Source of the DNA: Lachnospiraceae bacterium
Lineage (GTDB): Bacteria > Bacillota > Clostridia > Lachnospirales > Lachnospiraceae
Length of the DNA: 64,000 nt
Direction of reading: 5' to 3'
Assembly: GCA_024693925.1 (NCBI GenBank)
Contig: JAILKH010000019.1
Coordinates: 7,520 to 71,519, forward strand
Shown here: positions 10,329 through 18,714 of the stretch, piece after piece
Layout: each line of letters opens with the position of its first letter
How positions within the stretch are numbered: position 1 is the first letter of the stretch
Notes under the pieces: generated by a model
The model's input: the letters and a program-made list of their open reading frames with translations, nothing else
Database searches by the model: none
Told to the model about the DNA's origin: nothing
Program-made: the position numbers and the translations under genes

Positions 10329-10904
10329 TTAATCCTGCGGTTTTGCAATTTTCATTGCGTATGTCATAAGTCCGGCAATGGTTTTCCCGTCTACTATCTC
10401 TTTATTCAATATCATTTCAAATAATTCTTCCAAAGTATATGCATAAACATCAATATATTCATCATCATCAAGATGCTGTTGTGTTTTTATAAGATTTTTT
10501 GCAACATAAATATCTATTTTTTCATTACAAAAGGCAACCGTGCTGTACATACTCAGCAAAAAAGTTACATTTTCCTTAGAAGCATAATATCCGGTTTCCT
10601 CCTCAAGCTCTCTGTATGCACAATCGTGTGTCGGCTCATTGGGTGAATCGAGTGCCCCGGCAGGCAGTTCAAGAGTATAACGGTCCAAGGCATTTCTGAA
10701 CTGTTTTACCATAAGTATCCTTCCGTCCTCCATAACAGGTATTACAGCCGCCGCTCCCTTATGTTTTATAAAATCAAACTCTTCCGTCCTGCCATCGGGA
10801 AGTTTCATAGTATCCGAATAAATCTCCAATATAGATCCTTTATATTTTAATGTTCTGTTAATACGCTCCGGATGTTCCGGTAATGATATGTTTTCATCCT
10901 TCAT
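10329..10904 (-). CDS. nudF: NUDIX hydrolase, ADP-ribose pyrophosphatase-like
   Basis: Nudix box GALDSPNEPTHDCAYRELEEETGY. 191 aa. Confidence 0.8.
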   Translation of the reverse strand: MKDENISLPEHPERINRTLKYKGSILEIYSDTMKLPDGRTEEFDFIKHKGAAAVIPVMEDGRILMVKQFRNALDRYTLELPAGALDSPNEPTHDCAYRELEEETGYYASKENVTFLLSMYSTVAFCNEKIDIYVAKNLIKTQQHLDDDEYIDVYAYTLEELFEMILNKEIVDGKTIAGLMTYAMKIAKPQD

Positions 10905-11004
10905 TTTTAACTCTCTATACTTTCTTAATATTTTATGTACATAAATATTTATAATTAAACCCTTTGTATAGGTTTTATACAGTTACGGACAACGTTCCGG
11001 TAAC

Positions 11005-12066
11005 TCAATTCAAATGAAATATCTCACGAAGTATTTTATCGGCAGTTATAACTTCTTTTGCTTTTTCCCTGTACTTTTCTTCATGAAGATAAACATGCCT
11101 GTATGGTTTCACAGACGGCGCAATATCTACTGCCTTAATATAATCCTGAGCATTCAGGGAAAGTGATTTTACATATTCAAAGAAACCTGTATCGGTCAGC
11201 ACACTTCTTATGCGTTCATATCTGTGTTCCTGAACAATACTCATTATATAAGTCGCTATACCTACCTGAATTCCATGAAGCTGGGGTTTTTCAAGGAACT
11301 TATCCAGTGCATGTGATATCAAATGTTCACTCCCGCTTGTAGGCGCCGATGAACCCGCAATCTCATTCGCTATCCCGCTCATTGCAAGGGAATCCATAAG
11401 TTCTCTCAAGAACAGATCGTCCTTAATGGACTCATAAGGTGTTCTGACAAAACTATTTACCGATTTCTTTGCTATCATCATAGCAAAATCATTAACCTTT
11501 CCGTAACCGCAGCTTTCCTCATAGAGCCAGTCATAATTAGCTGTTATCTTGGATAGCATATCTCCTATTCCCGAATACAAAAAACTTATAGGCGCCGACT
11601 TTATAACATCGGTATCTACGGCAATTCCATACGCTATCCTTGCAGGTACGGAACATCTTTTCCCATTTATCATTAAAGAGGCCGTGATCGAAGCAAATCC
11701 GTCTGTCGAAGAAGATGTGGGAACACTGATAAAAGGAAGGTTCTTTAAAAAACCCGTGTATTTTGCAACATCTATAACCTTACCTCCCCCAAGGCCTATA
11801 ACCACCTGGGTTTTATTCGGCAGATTAAAAGCAAGCTCTGTAACATTATCCAAATCTACAGAATCCAGTTCCATATATTCAAGCACTTCAATACCGGAAT
11901 CGGCAAGTGACATCAGGACCTTATTTCCGAACAATTCGATAAGACCGTTACCGAAAAAAACCACAGCTGTTTTAAACCCGGAATCCTTCAAATATTCTCC
12001 AAGCTTTCCAAGTGCCCCTGATTCAATGCGTAAAAATTCCGGAATTGATATAAGATTATTATTCAT
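11005..12066 (-). CDS. Iron-containing ADH-superfamily enzyme, glycerol-1-phosphate dehydrogenase (AraM/EgsA)-like
   Basis: GLGGGKVIDVAKY nucleotide loop and SGSEHLISHALD metal site. Size and layout fit AraM-type G1PDH, but the exact family member is uncertain. Confidence 0.65.
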   Translation of the reverse strand: MNNNLISIPEFLRIESGALGKLGEYLKDSGFKTAVVFFGNGLIELFGNKVLMSLADSGIEVLEYMELDSVDLDNVTELAFNLPNKTQVVIGLGGGKVIDVAKYTGFLKNLPFISVPTSSSTDGFASITASLMINGKRCSVPARIAYGIAVDTDVIKSAPISFLYSGIGDMLSKITANYDWLYEESCGYGKVNDFAMMIAKKSVNSFVRTPYESIKDDLFLRELMDSLAMSGIANEIAGSSAPTSGSEHLISHALDKFLEKPQLHGIQVGIATYIMSIVQEHRYERIRSVLTDTGFFEYVKSLSLNAQDYIKAVDIAPSVKPYRHVYLHEEKYREKAKEVITADKILREIFHLN

Positions 12067-12146
12067 GCTACCTCCTAAAACAGATCAAATATTATATTAT
12101 TTATACCATATTATGATATACCGGCATTTTTTACAATCCAAATTAC

Positions 12147-12176
12147 GCAAAAAACCCCGGCTTTTATCCGCCGGGG
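12147..12176 (-). terminator. Rho-independent terminator after the acidic lipoprotein gene
   Basis: Minus strand reads CCCCGGC-GGATAAAA-GCCGGGG followed by TTTTTTGCG. Confidence 0.75.
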
Positions 12177-12205
12177 TATTTCATCGATACAAATTCTCAA
12201 TCTGA

Positions 12206-12529
12206 TTATTCAGCTTCTTTTACATCTTCTGCAGCTTCTTCTACTGCTTCCTCTGCTGCTTCTTCTACCTTTTCCTCTGCATCATCTGCTGCTTCCTCTA
12301 CTGCTTCCTCTGCATCATCTGCTGCTTCCTCAACTTCTTCTGCAGCTTCTTCTACTACTTCTTCTGCATCATCCTGAACATCTTCCACAACTTCTTCTGC
12401 TTCTTCTTCAACTTCTTCTGTTGCTTCCTCAGTTACCTCTTCTACAACTTCCTCGGTCTTAGCAGATCCGCAAGCAGTTACGGAAACAAGAGCTGCACCT
12501 AACATCATTGCTACCAAATACTTTTTCAT
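12206..12529 (-). CDS. Small acidic lipoprotein with E/A/V-rich degenerate repeats
   Basis: ATG 12529 follows the SD GAGGAGG. MKKYLVAMMLGAALVSVTACGS carries a signal peptide and lipobox. The rest is EEVxEEAxE-type repeats. The longer track ORF (to 12619) covers a structured leader. Confidence 0.7.
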   Translation of the reverse strand: MKKYLVAMMLGAALVSVTACGSAKTEEVVEEVTEEATEEVEEEAEEVVEDVQDDAEEVVEEAAEEVEEAADDAEEAVEEAADDAEEKVEEAAEEAVEEAAEDVKEAE

Positions 12530-12757
12530 AATATTTTCCTCCTCGTACCTATTAATTTTTGTCCTCTCGGACCTCCCCGGTACAAGGCGTAGTTTACCAC
12601 CCTGTTTTTTATTCAACAATAATCACTTTTTATAAAAAACAAACAAAAAACACTCTCCGTTTTTATGAATTCTACACAACGTTTGCAACTTGCATAAAAG
12701 TATTTGTACAAATAACATCACAATATGCAATCTGTACAGATAATTACTTTATATTGC

Positions 12758-14524
12758 TCACATTTTCTCGGGAGCATTAAATCCCAGCAGCTCAATTCCT
12801 TTCTCAAGAAAACGTTTTGTTACAATAAGCAAAGCAATATAACTTTCCTGTTTTTTCTTATCTTCTTCATCCAGTATTCTTGTTTCATGATAAAATCGGT
12901 TAAAAGCATTGGCAGTATCATAAATATATGCACATATCTTATGCGGAGCCAATTCCTCATATGCATTTATCATCACCTGATTAAATTTCACCAGTTCCAG
13001 CATAAGCCCTTTTCCGATATCATCCAAAGCCGGAGCAAGTGTCAATCCCTTAAGGCTGTTTCCCATTCCCTCATATTTGTTCAGTATAGATTTTATACGT
13101 ACAATTGTATATAAAATATAAGGCCCGGTATTGCCTTCAAAAGAAGTGAATTTTTCGGTATCAAAAATATAATCCTTTGTAGCCTGATTGGAAAGATCTC
13201 CGTATTTTACCGCCGCCATCGCAACTATCGCAGCGGTTTCCTTCGCCTCATTCTCGTCAGCATCATGATTTTCGATTATCTTTTTATACATTTCATCATT
13301 AATATCCTCCAGGAGGGTTTCAAGACGCATAACCCCGCCATCACGTGTCTTAAAGGGCTTCCCGTCTCTTCCGTTCATGGTTCCGAAACCGAGAAAGTCC
13401 AGCTTAACCTGAGGAGCCGCCAATCCTGTTTTTTTTGCACACCTGAACACTTGGGTAAAATGCATCTCCTGACGCTTATCCGCAACATAAATAAATCTGG
13501 TGGGATTATTACTTTCAACCCTTTGAACTATAGTTGCCAGATCTGTGGTCGTATAAAGCGCCGCACCATCTGATTTAAGTATCATACAGGGCGGAATTTC
13601 CTTAACATCGGTCTCCTCCTTTATATCCACAACCAGCGCTCCTTCGCTTTCATAAGCATAGCCCCTGTCCTTCATCATATTAACCATATCGGTTATGTAG
13701 GGACGGGAGTCGGATTCTCCCTTCCATACTTCAAAAGATACGTTTAATTTCTCGTAGTTCTTCTTAAGGTCCGGAATCGAAACCGACATTATATGCTTCC
13801 AGAGAGCAGTACGCCCCCTATCACCTTTTTGAAGCAAAAAAGTATCATTCATGGCCTCTTCTTTATAAGCCTCATCTGTTTTACTCCTGGCGGAAGCCCT
13901 GGGATATATCTCTTCAAGTTCCGAAAGGGTAAAGGGCGGTTCCTTCGGATAATCCAGCGTATAATCTTCATCAAAATATACAAGATCGGGCTTCATTTTT
14001 CTAAGTTCCGTCATAATAAGCCCCATTTGAAGCCCCCAATCCCCAAGGTGGATATCCGCGATAACTTCACTTCCCATAAATCTGCATATACGCTTAACGG
14101 ATTCACCGATTATAGCCGAACGAAGATGACCGACATGCAAAGGCTTTGCAACATTGGGGCCACCGTAGTCTATAATTATTCTTTCGCCTTTGCCTGTTTC
14201 TTCAACTCCCAGGCATTCATCTTTACCCATTTTCCCGAGATAATCTGCAAGATACACCGGCGACAATTTCAAATTAAGGAAGCCGGGCGCCACTGAATTC
14301 ACCTCTTCAAAAATATCCTTGTCCTTTAACAAATCCGCAACCTCTCCGGCTATCATGATCGGAGCTTTTTTATATTCTTTAGCTGCCGCCATTGCACCGT
14401 TACACTGGTATTCACAAAGATCCGGCCGATTGCTCAGTCCCACCTTTGCATATTTTCCATCATACCCGGCAGCCATAAAAGCCTCTTCCATAACAGCTGT
14501 CAGTTCTTCAATCACCGTTTTCAT
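12758..14524 (-). CDS. argS: Arginine--tRNA ligase
   Basis: Class I signature PLHVGHLRS. 588 aa, with overall ArgS architecture. Confidence 0.96.
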   Translation of the reverse strand: MKTVIEELTAVMEEAFMAAGYDGKYAKVGLSNRPDLCEYQCNGAMAAAKEYKKAPIMIAGEVADLLKDKDIFEEVNSVAPGFLNLKLSPVYLADYLGKMGKDECLGVEETGKGERIIIDYGGPNVAKPLHVGHLRSAIIGESVKRICRFMGSEVIADIHLGDWGLQMGLIMTELRKMKPDLVYFDEDYTLDYPKEPPFTLSELEEIYPRASARSKTDEAYKEEAMNDTFLLQKGDRGRTALWKHIMSVSIPDLKKNYEKLNVSFEVWKGESDSRPYITDMVNMMKDRGYAYESEGALVVDIKEETDVKEIPPCMILKSDGAALYTTTDLATIVQRVESNNPTRFIYVADKRQEMHFTQVFRCAKKTGLAAPQVKLDFLGFGTMNGRDGKPFKTRDGGVMRLETLLEDINDEMYKKIIENHDADENEAKETAAIVAMAAVKYGDLSNQATKDYIFDTEKFTSFEGNTGPYILYTIVRIKSILNKYEGMGNSLKGLTLAPALDDIGKGLMLELVKFNQVMINAYEELAPHKICAYIYDTANAFNRFYHETRILDEEDKKKQESYIALLIVTKRFLEKGIELLGFNAPEKM

Positions 14525-14561
14525 AAATACTCTCCTTCTATTACTTCTGCATCAGACTATC

Positions 14562-15557
14562 TTAACCGATAACATTCCGCTCATTATCAAAAGAACTTCT
14601 CATCTTACGTTTATCTTCATACATATTCTCATCAGCTCTCTTAAGCGTATCCTCTATTCCACAGTCCTTATCCTTATCATATATTGCATATCCTATAGAA
14701 GCATTTGTTCTTTCCCAGGGCTCAAGTTCTTCTTCCTTTATACTTCTCACAATGCAGGCTTTGAACTGCTCAACATTCTTTTCGATATTTTTAAAATCCT
14801 GATTTTCGGCAACCACAACAAATTCATCTCCGCCTATCCTGAATACCGGAGAACGTTTAAAAATCGAACACAGGATATCACACAGATTACAGATCACCCG
14901 GTCACCTTTTTCATGACCGTAGGTATCATTAACATTCTTAAGCTCGTTCATATCCACCATCACGATACCCACATGGGTAAGCCCCGCAACTATCCTTTCA
15001 TTAACCCTTGCAACCTCAGCATCGTATCCTCTTTTATTTCTTATTCCGGTAAGGGCATCTCTGTTGGCCATTTCATTCATAACAGCGGCCTGCTCCCTGG
15101 TTGACAGCAGTTCCTGTCTGGTTGCATAAAGAGTTTCATTCCTGTCATTAAGTTCCTTCTCCAGATTCTTAAGAGATTCAACCAGTGATTCTATCTCATC
15201 TTTGCTCTTTATATTTAATTTGGCAAAATCATTTCTCTCCAATTCCCCCAGTTCGCCCCTTGGCATTTTATATGAATCTGCCGTATACGAAATTTTATTT
15301 ATCGGTTTTATTATAAAGCGTTCCACAAAACAAACGGTCATACCCCCGATCAAAACAACACCGGCTAACAGCCCCATAATATATACAATACTGCGGGACA
15401 AAAAATAATCATACATTTCAGCTCCCGATATGCCTGATACCGCAAGTTCATAAAGATTCTGTCGAATATTAAAAAATATAAAAGCCATCCAAAAACCATA
15501 TAGGATTACCATCAAAACGGAAAACAGAACAGACTTTTTTGTAAGCGAAAATTTCAT
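14562..15557 (-). CDS. Membrane-anchored diguanylate cyclase (GGDEF)
   Basis: Two N-terminal TM helices, a coiled coil, and a GGDEF domain with FRIGGDEFVV. Start set at ATG 15557 (MKFSL), which has an AAAGG SD. The upstream ATG 15611 has none. Confidence 0.85.
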   Translation of the reverse strand: MKFSLTKKSVLFSVLMVILYGFWMAFIFFNIRQNLYELAVSGISGAEMYDYFLSRSIVYIMGLLAGVVLIGGMTVCFVERFIIKPINKISYTADSYKMPRGELGELERNDFAKLNIKSKDEIESLVESLKNLEKELNDRNETLYATRQELLSTREQAAVMNEMANRDALTGIRNKRGYDAEVARVNERIVAGLTHVGIVMVDMNELKNVNDTYGHEKGDRVICNLCDILCSIFKRSPVFRIGGDEFVVVAENQDFKNIEKNVEQFKACIVRSIKEEELEPWERTNASIGYAIYDKDKDCGIEDTLKRADENMYEDKRKMRSSFDNERNVIG

Positions 15558-15623
15558 GACTTGATACCTTTCAATGAATTTAAAAATAATACAAAATCCA
15601 TTATAACTCATTTATTTTAATTA

Positions 15624-15632
15624 TGCTATACT
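15624..15632 (+). promoter_or_regulatory. Extended -10 (TGCTATACT) ending 6 nt before the fliB-like ATG (possible leaderless mRNA)
   Basis: TTATGCTATACTAACACC-ATG with no SD between. Confidence 0.45.
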
Positions 15633-15638
15633 AACACC

Positions 15639-16835
15639 ATGGACATATATGAAATAAACTTCTTTAACGATTTTAAATGCATAATGGACAATTGCCCGGA
15701 AACCTGCTGCCACGGCTGGATGATACCCATAACCGTCGAGGATAACAACAGATTCAAAAATGAAACCGGTCTCTTAAAACTAAGGCTTAAACTTGCAATC
15801 CGGAATAAAGAGTTAAAATGTTTTAATGCAGGTTCGGGAACCTGCCCTTTTCTCGTAAGCAAAAGAAATCTGCAGGGTTACATAACTTCGGGCGCCCGAA
15901 ACAAACAGGGACTTTGTTCTCTCCAGCTTTCCAAAGGGCATGATTTTCTTCCGGAGGCTTGCAGGATGTTTCCCAGATTTTACAGAAACTACGGAACCTT
16001 TGAAGAACATTATATCGATCTTTCCTGTACAGCCGCAGCGGAACTTTTCCTGAAACATCACAAGGACCTTCGACTGATCAAATACAGCGGCAACCCTTTA
16101 AGTTCACTGTGTACTACTAACGATGACTCAGATTATCTAACACTCCTTGTCAGGATCAGAACCTCTATTACAGACCGGCTCTGCAGAGTAACTTCAATGC
16201 AGACTCTTAATACCGTTGTACTCAATATTTATTCCCATTCTGCAATGATCCAGAATTTTTTCCTTACCGGAAAGAAGGCCTCCGAGTTTTTAAATAAGGA
16301 GACCCCCCTATTCCCGGATACAAAAAATAACACCTGTATATCAGAGGTCAAAAATCCGTTTTTCCCGGCAGGAATAGGTTTTTATTCCGATATTATGTCA
16401 ACCTCATTCTACCACCCCATGCTCAAAAAAACAAATCCTTCATTATTCAAATTATGTAATTTATATATTAATAAATATAATGACATTATGAACTCGGAAA
16501 AAAAATGGAAAGAACTTGTATCCTCCTTCATTGATAAATACAATTATTTTCCGGGGATAATGAGTGCCCTTATGGCCTATTATCTTTATCTGTACTACCT
16601 AAAAAATTATGAAGATTACAGCTTTACCAAAAACGCCTCCCTTGGGATAATACATATTAATATGATCCTAATGTTTACAATACTTCACGAACTGGAACAA
16701 ACTTCAATAAAAAAATCCGATAAAATCTCTGTTATAACCCACAAAGATATCGCCCGGATAATTTCGGTTTATATCAGAAGAGCCTGTTATAACGATCGGA
16801 TCCTGGATGAAATGTATAAATGTTTTGAGCAATAA
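15639..16835 (+). CDS. FliB-like Cys-rich protein (putative flagellin lysine-N-methylase family)
   Basis: N-terminal FNDFKCIMDNCPETCCHGWMIPI and GSGTCPFL motifs are arranged as I remember for FliB. No SD is present, and a TGnTATACT element ends 6 nt before the ATG. Confidence 0.55.
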   Translation: MDIYEINFFNDFKCIMDNCPETCCHGWMIPITVEDNNRFKNETGLLKLRLKLAIRNKELKCFNAGSGTCPFLVSKRNLQGYITSGARNKQGLCSLQLSKGHDFLPEACRMFPRFYRNYGTFEEHYIDLSCTAAAELFLKHHKDLRLIKYSGNPLSSLCTTNDDSDYLTLLVRIRTSITDRLCRVTSMQTLNTVVLNIYSHSAMIQNFFLTGKKASEFLNKETPLFPDTKNNTCISEVKNPFFPAGIGFYSDIMSTSFYHPMLKKTNPSLFKLCNLYINKYNDIMNSEKKWKELVSSFIDKYNYFPGIMSALMAYYLYLYYLKNYEDYSFTKNASLGIIHINMILMFTILHELEQTSIKKSDKISVITHKDIARIISVYIRRACYNDRILDEMYKCFEQ

Positions 16836-16883
16836 AAAAACGCCCGGCACCTATATGCAAGACGTTTTATTCTGTTATATCAT

Positions 16884-17111
16884 TCATACCTTTGCTTCAA
16901 AGAAACAGCCCATTTGACCGATTTCCTCTTTTTCCTCCTTTTTCTTCAGAATATCATTAAATAATGGATTTTTCTTCTTCTTTTCCGTTTCGGCATCCCG
17001 TCTGCCGTTTTGGCTATACTTCATAAACGGTACAGAAGCCGCAACAGCCGGTATATCCGGTGGTACAGGCGGAGGAGGAAGTACGTATTCAACACCAACC
17101 ATGTTGATCAT
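16884..17111 (-). CDS. Hypothetical 75-aa protein (Pro-rich then Lys/Glu-rich)
   Basis: Strong SD (AAGGAGGTG) 8 nt upstream of ATG 17111. No family recognised. Confidence 0.5.
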   Translation of the reverse strand: MINMVGVEYVLPPPPVPPDIPAVAASVPFMKYSQNGRRDAETEKKKKNPLFNDILKKKEEKEEIGQMGCFFEAKV

Positions 17112-17169
17112 AAGATCACCTCCTTATTTTTCCTTTCACCTTATATATCGGCTGTTTTAATGCTTCACT

Positions 17170-17901
17170 TTAACCCTTATATCCTATCTCATCAGCAAGA
17201 TTCTTTTCAATAACCACAATAGCATCACGATGCAAACGCATAAAGGTTGCGGGACACTTGGGATCGATCTTGTCATCCATAAGAAGCTTTCTGGCAGCAT
17301 CCTGCTTATTTCCGTTTATGATCATAAGCAACGTCTTTGCTTTCATTATACTTCCCATCCCCATAGTCACCGCATATCTGGGAACCTCATCACGATTGGC
17401 AAAAAATCTTGTATTCGCATCAATTGTACTGTCCTCAAGAGTTTCCTTATGGGCCTTCTCATACAAAAACTCACCCGGCTCGTTAAACCCGAGATGTCCG
17501 TCGGGGCCCACTCCGAGAACCTGAAGATCAATATCTGTTTTATCAAGGATATCATTAAATTCCTTAAGATTAGCCTCTACATCTCCGGTTCCTTTTGCCA
17601 CATATGTATTTGCTTTATCAATATTGATATGATTAAAAAGATTATCATCCATAAAATATCTGTAGCTTTGTTCATGAGTAGGTTCAAGACCAACATACTC
17701 ATCAAGATTTACGGAATGGACCTTGGAAAAATCAAGTCCCTCTTCTTTACACCTTCTTGCAAGTTCCCTGTACATCCCAACAGGTGATGATCCCGTTGCC
17801 AGACCCAAAGTGCAAGTAGGATTCTCTCTTACAAGCTTTTCAATTACATCTGCTGCTTTTTTGGCTCCCTCTTCATAAGTATCTGCTATTATTACTTTCA
17901 T
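17170..17901 (-). CDS. nagB: Glucosamine-6-phosphate deaminase
   Basis: LGLATGSSPVGMY and VLGVGPDGHLGFNEP. Start at ATG 17901 (MKVIIAD) follows AAAGGAG at 7 nt. Confidence 0.93.
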   Translation of the reverse strand: MKVIIADTYEEGAKKAADVIEKLVRENPTCTLGLATGSSPVGMYRELARRCKEEGLDFSKVHSVNLDEYVGLEPTHEQSYRYFMDDNLFNHINIDKANTYVAKGTGDVEANLKEFNDILDKTDIDLQVLGVGPDGHLGFNEPGEFLYEKAHKETLEDSTIDANTRFFANRDEVPRYAVTMGMGSIMKAKTLLMIINGNKQDAARKLLMDDKIDPKCPATFMRLHRDAIVVIEKNLADEIGYKG

Positions 17902-17988
17902 TTTTTTCTCCTTTATATCCTTTGTCATTATATAAATATATAATTATCTTTCTCCATAATAACCGTTAAACTTTTAATCTTTCATAGT

Positions 17989-18663
17989 TTATTCCCCGGC
18001 ATTACTCTTTACAACTATCTTCTTGGCCTCTTTATAAATACTGTTTTCCGGTATAACTCCTCTTACACAGGATACAGGATAAACATTACTGTCTCTTCCG
18101 ATCACTGTACCTGGATTTAATACACTGTTACATCCCACTTCTACTCTGTCTCCCACCAGAGCTCCGACCTTCTTGCGTCCGGTTTTTATAAGCTCTCCTT
18201 CATTTTTTATTACCACAAGCTTTTTATCGGACTTGACGTTACTGGTTATGGAACCGGCACCCATATGTGCCTTGTAACCCAGAATGGAATCTCCCACATA
18301 ATTGTAATGCGGAACCTGTACATTATCAAAAAGTATCACATTTTTAAGTTCCGTGGAATTACCGACTACGCAATTATCGCCTACCAGAGCCGATCCTCTT
18401 ACAAATGCTCCGGGACGGATCTCGGTACCATGTCCTATGATACAGGGCCCCGCAATGTAATTGTTAGGATAACGTTTTGCATCCTTGGCGATCCACACAT
18501 CCTCCTCCGGATGGTCATATTCATCTTCACTCAGATTTTTTCCCAGTTTTAGGATCAATTCCTTAATACCTTCCAATGCTTCCCAGGGATAGGTAAACCC
18601 CTTAAGATAATCCGCCGCCATTGTATGTGAAAGATCATACATATCATTTATTGTACATTTCAT
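17989..18663 (-). CDS. Hexapeptide-repeat (left-handed beta-helix) acyltransferase, GlmU C-terminal-domain-like
   Basis: Repeated [LIV]-G-x4 hexapeptides (GDNCVVGNSTELKNVILFDNVQVPHYNYVGDSILG). No nucleotidyltransferase domain. Lies between glmM and nagB. Confidence 0.7.
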   Translation of the reverse strand: MKCTINDMYDLSHTMAADYLKGFTYPWEALEGIKELILKLGKNLSEDEYDHPEEDVWIAKDAKRYPNNYIAGPCIIGHGTEIRPGAFVRGSALVGDNCVVGNSTELKNVILFDNVQVPHYNYVGDSILGYKAHMGAGSITSNVKSDKKLVVIKNEGELIKTGRKKVGALVGDRVEVGCNSVLNPGTVIGRDSNVYPVSCVRGVIPENSIYKEAKKIVVKSNAGE

Positions 18664-18714
18664 AATTAATTCTCCCTGAAAAAATAATAAACGCTGTTGT
18701 CAAAATACACCAAA

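Noticed and set aside
11549-12205. Long antisense ORFs (11549-12205, 14319-15104, 45371-45898, 53684-54370, 61142-61855)
   Set aside because: Each lies fully opposite a confidently identified conserved gene (AraM-like, argS/GGDEF, clpC, purD, ABC exporter). All have low-complexity, Ser/Leu/Ile-rich translations typical of antisense frames.
14525-14561. T-box leader upstream of argS
   Set aside because: Only 37 nt separate argS from the GGDEF gene stop, which is far too short for a T-box.
15621-15633. Identical 13-mer TTATGCTATACTA at 15621-15633 and 30622-30634 as a dispersed repeat element
   Set aside because: Both copies are extended -10 promoter elements ahead of the only two plus-strand genes. 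Identity over 13 nt is plausibly just consensus-like promoter sequence, and the flanking sequence is unrelated.
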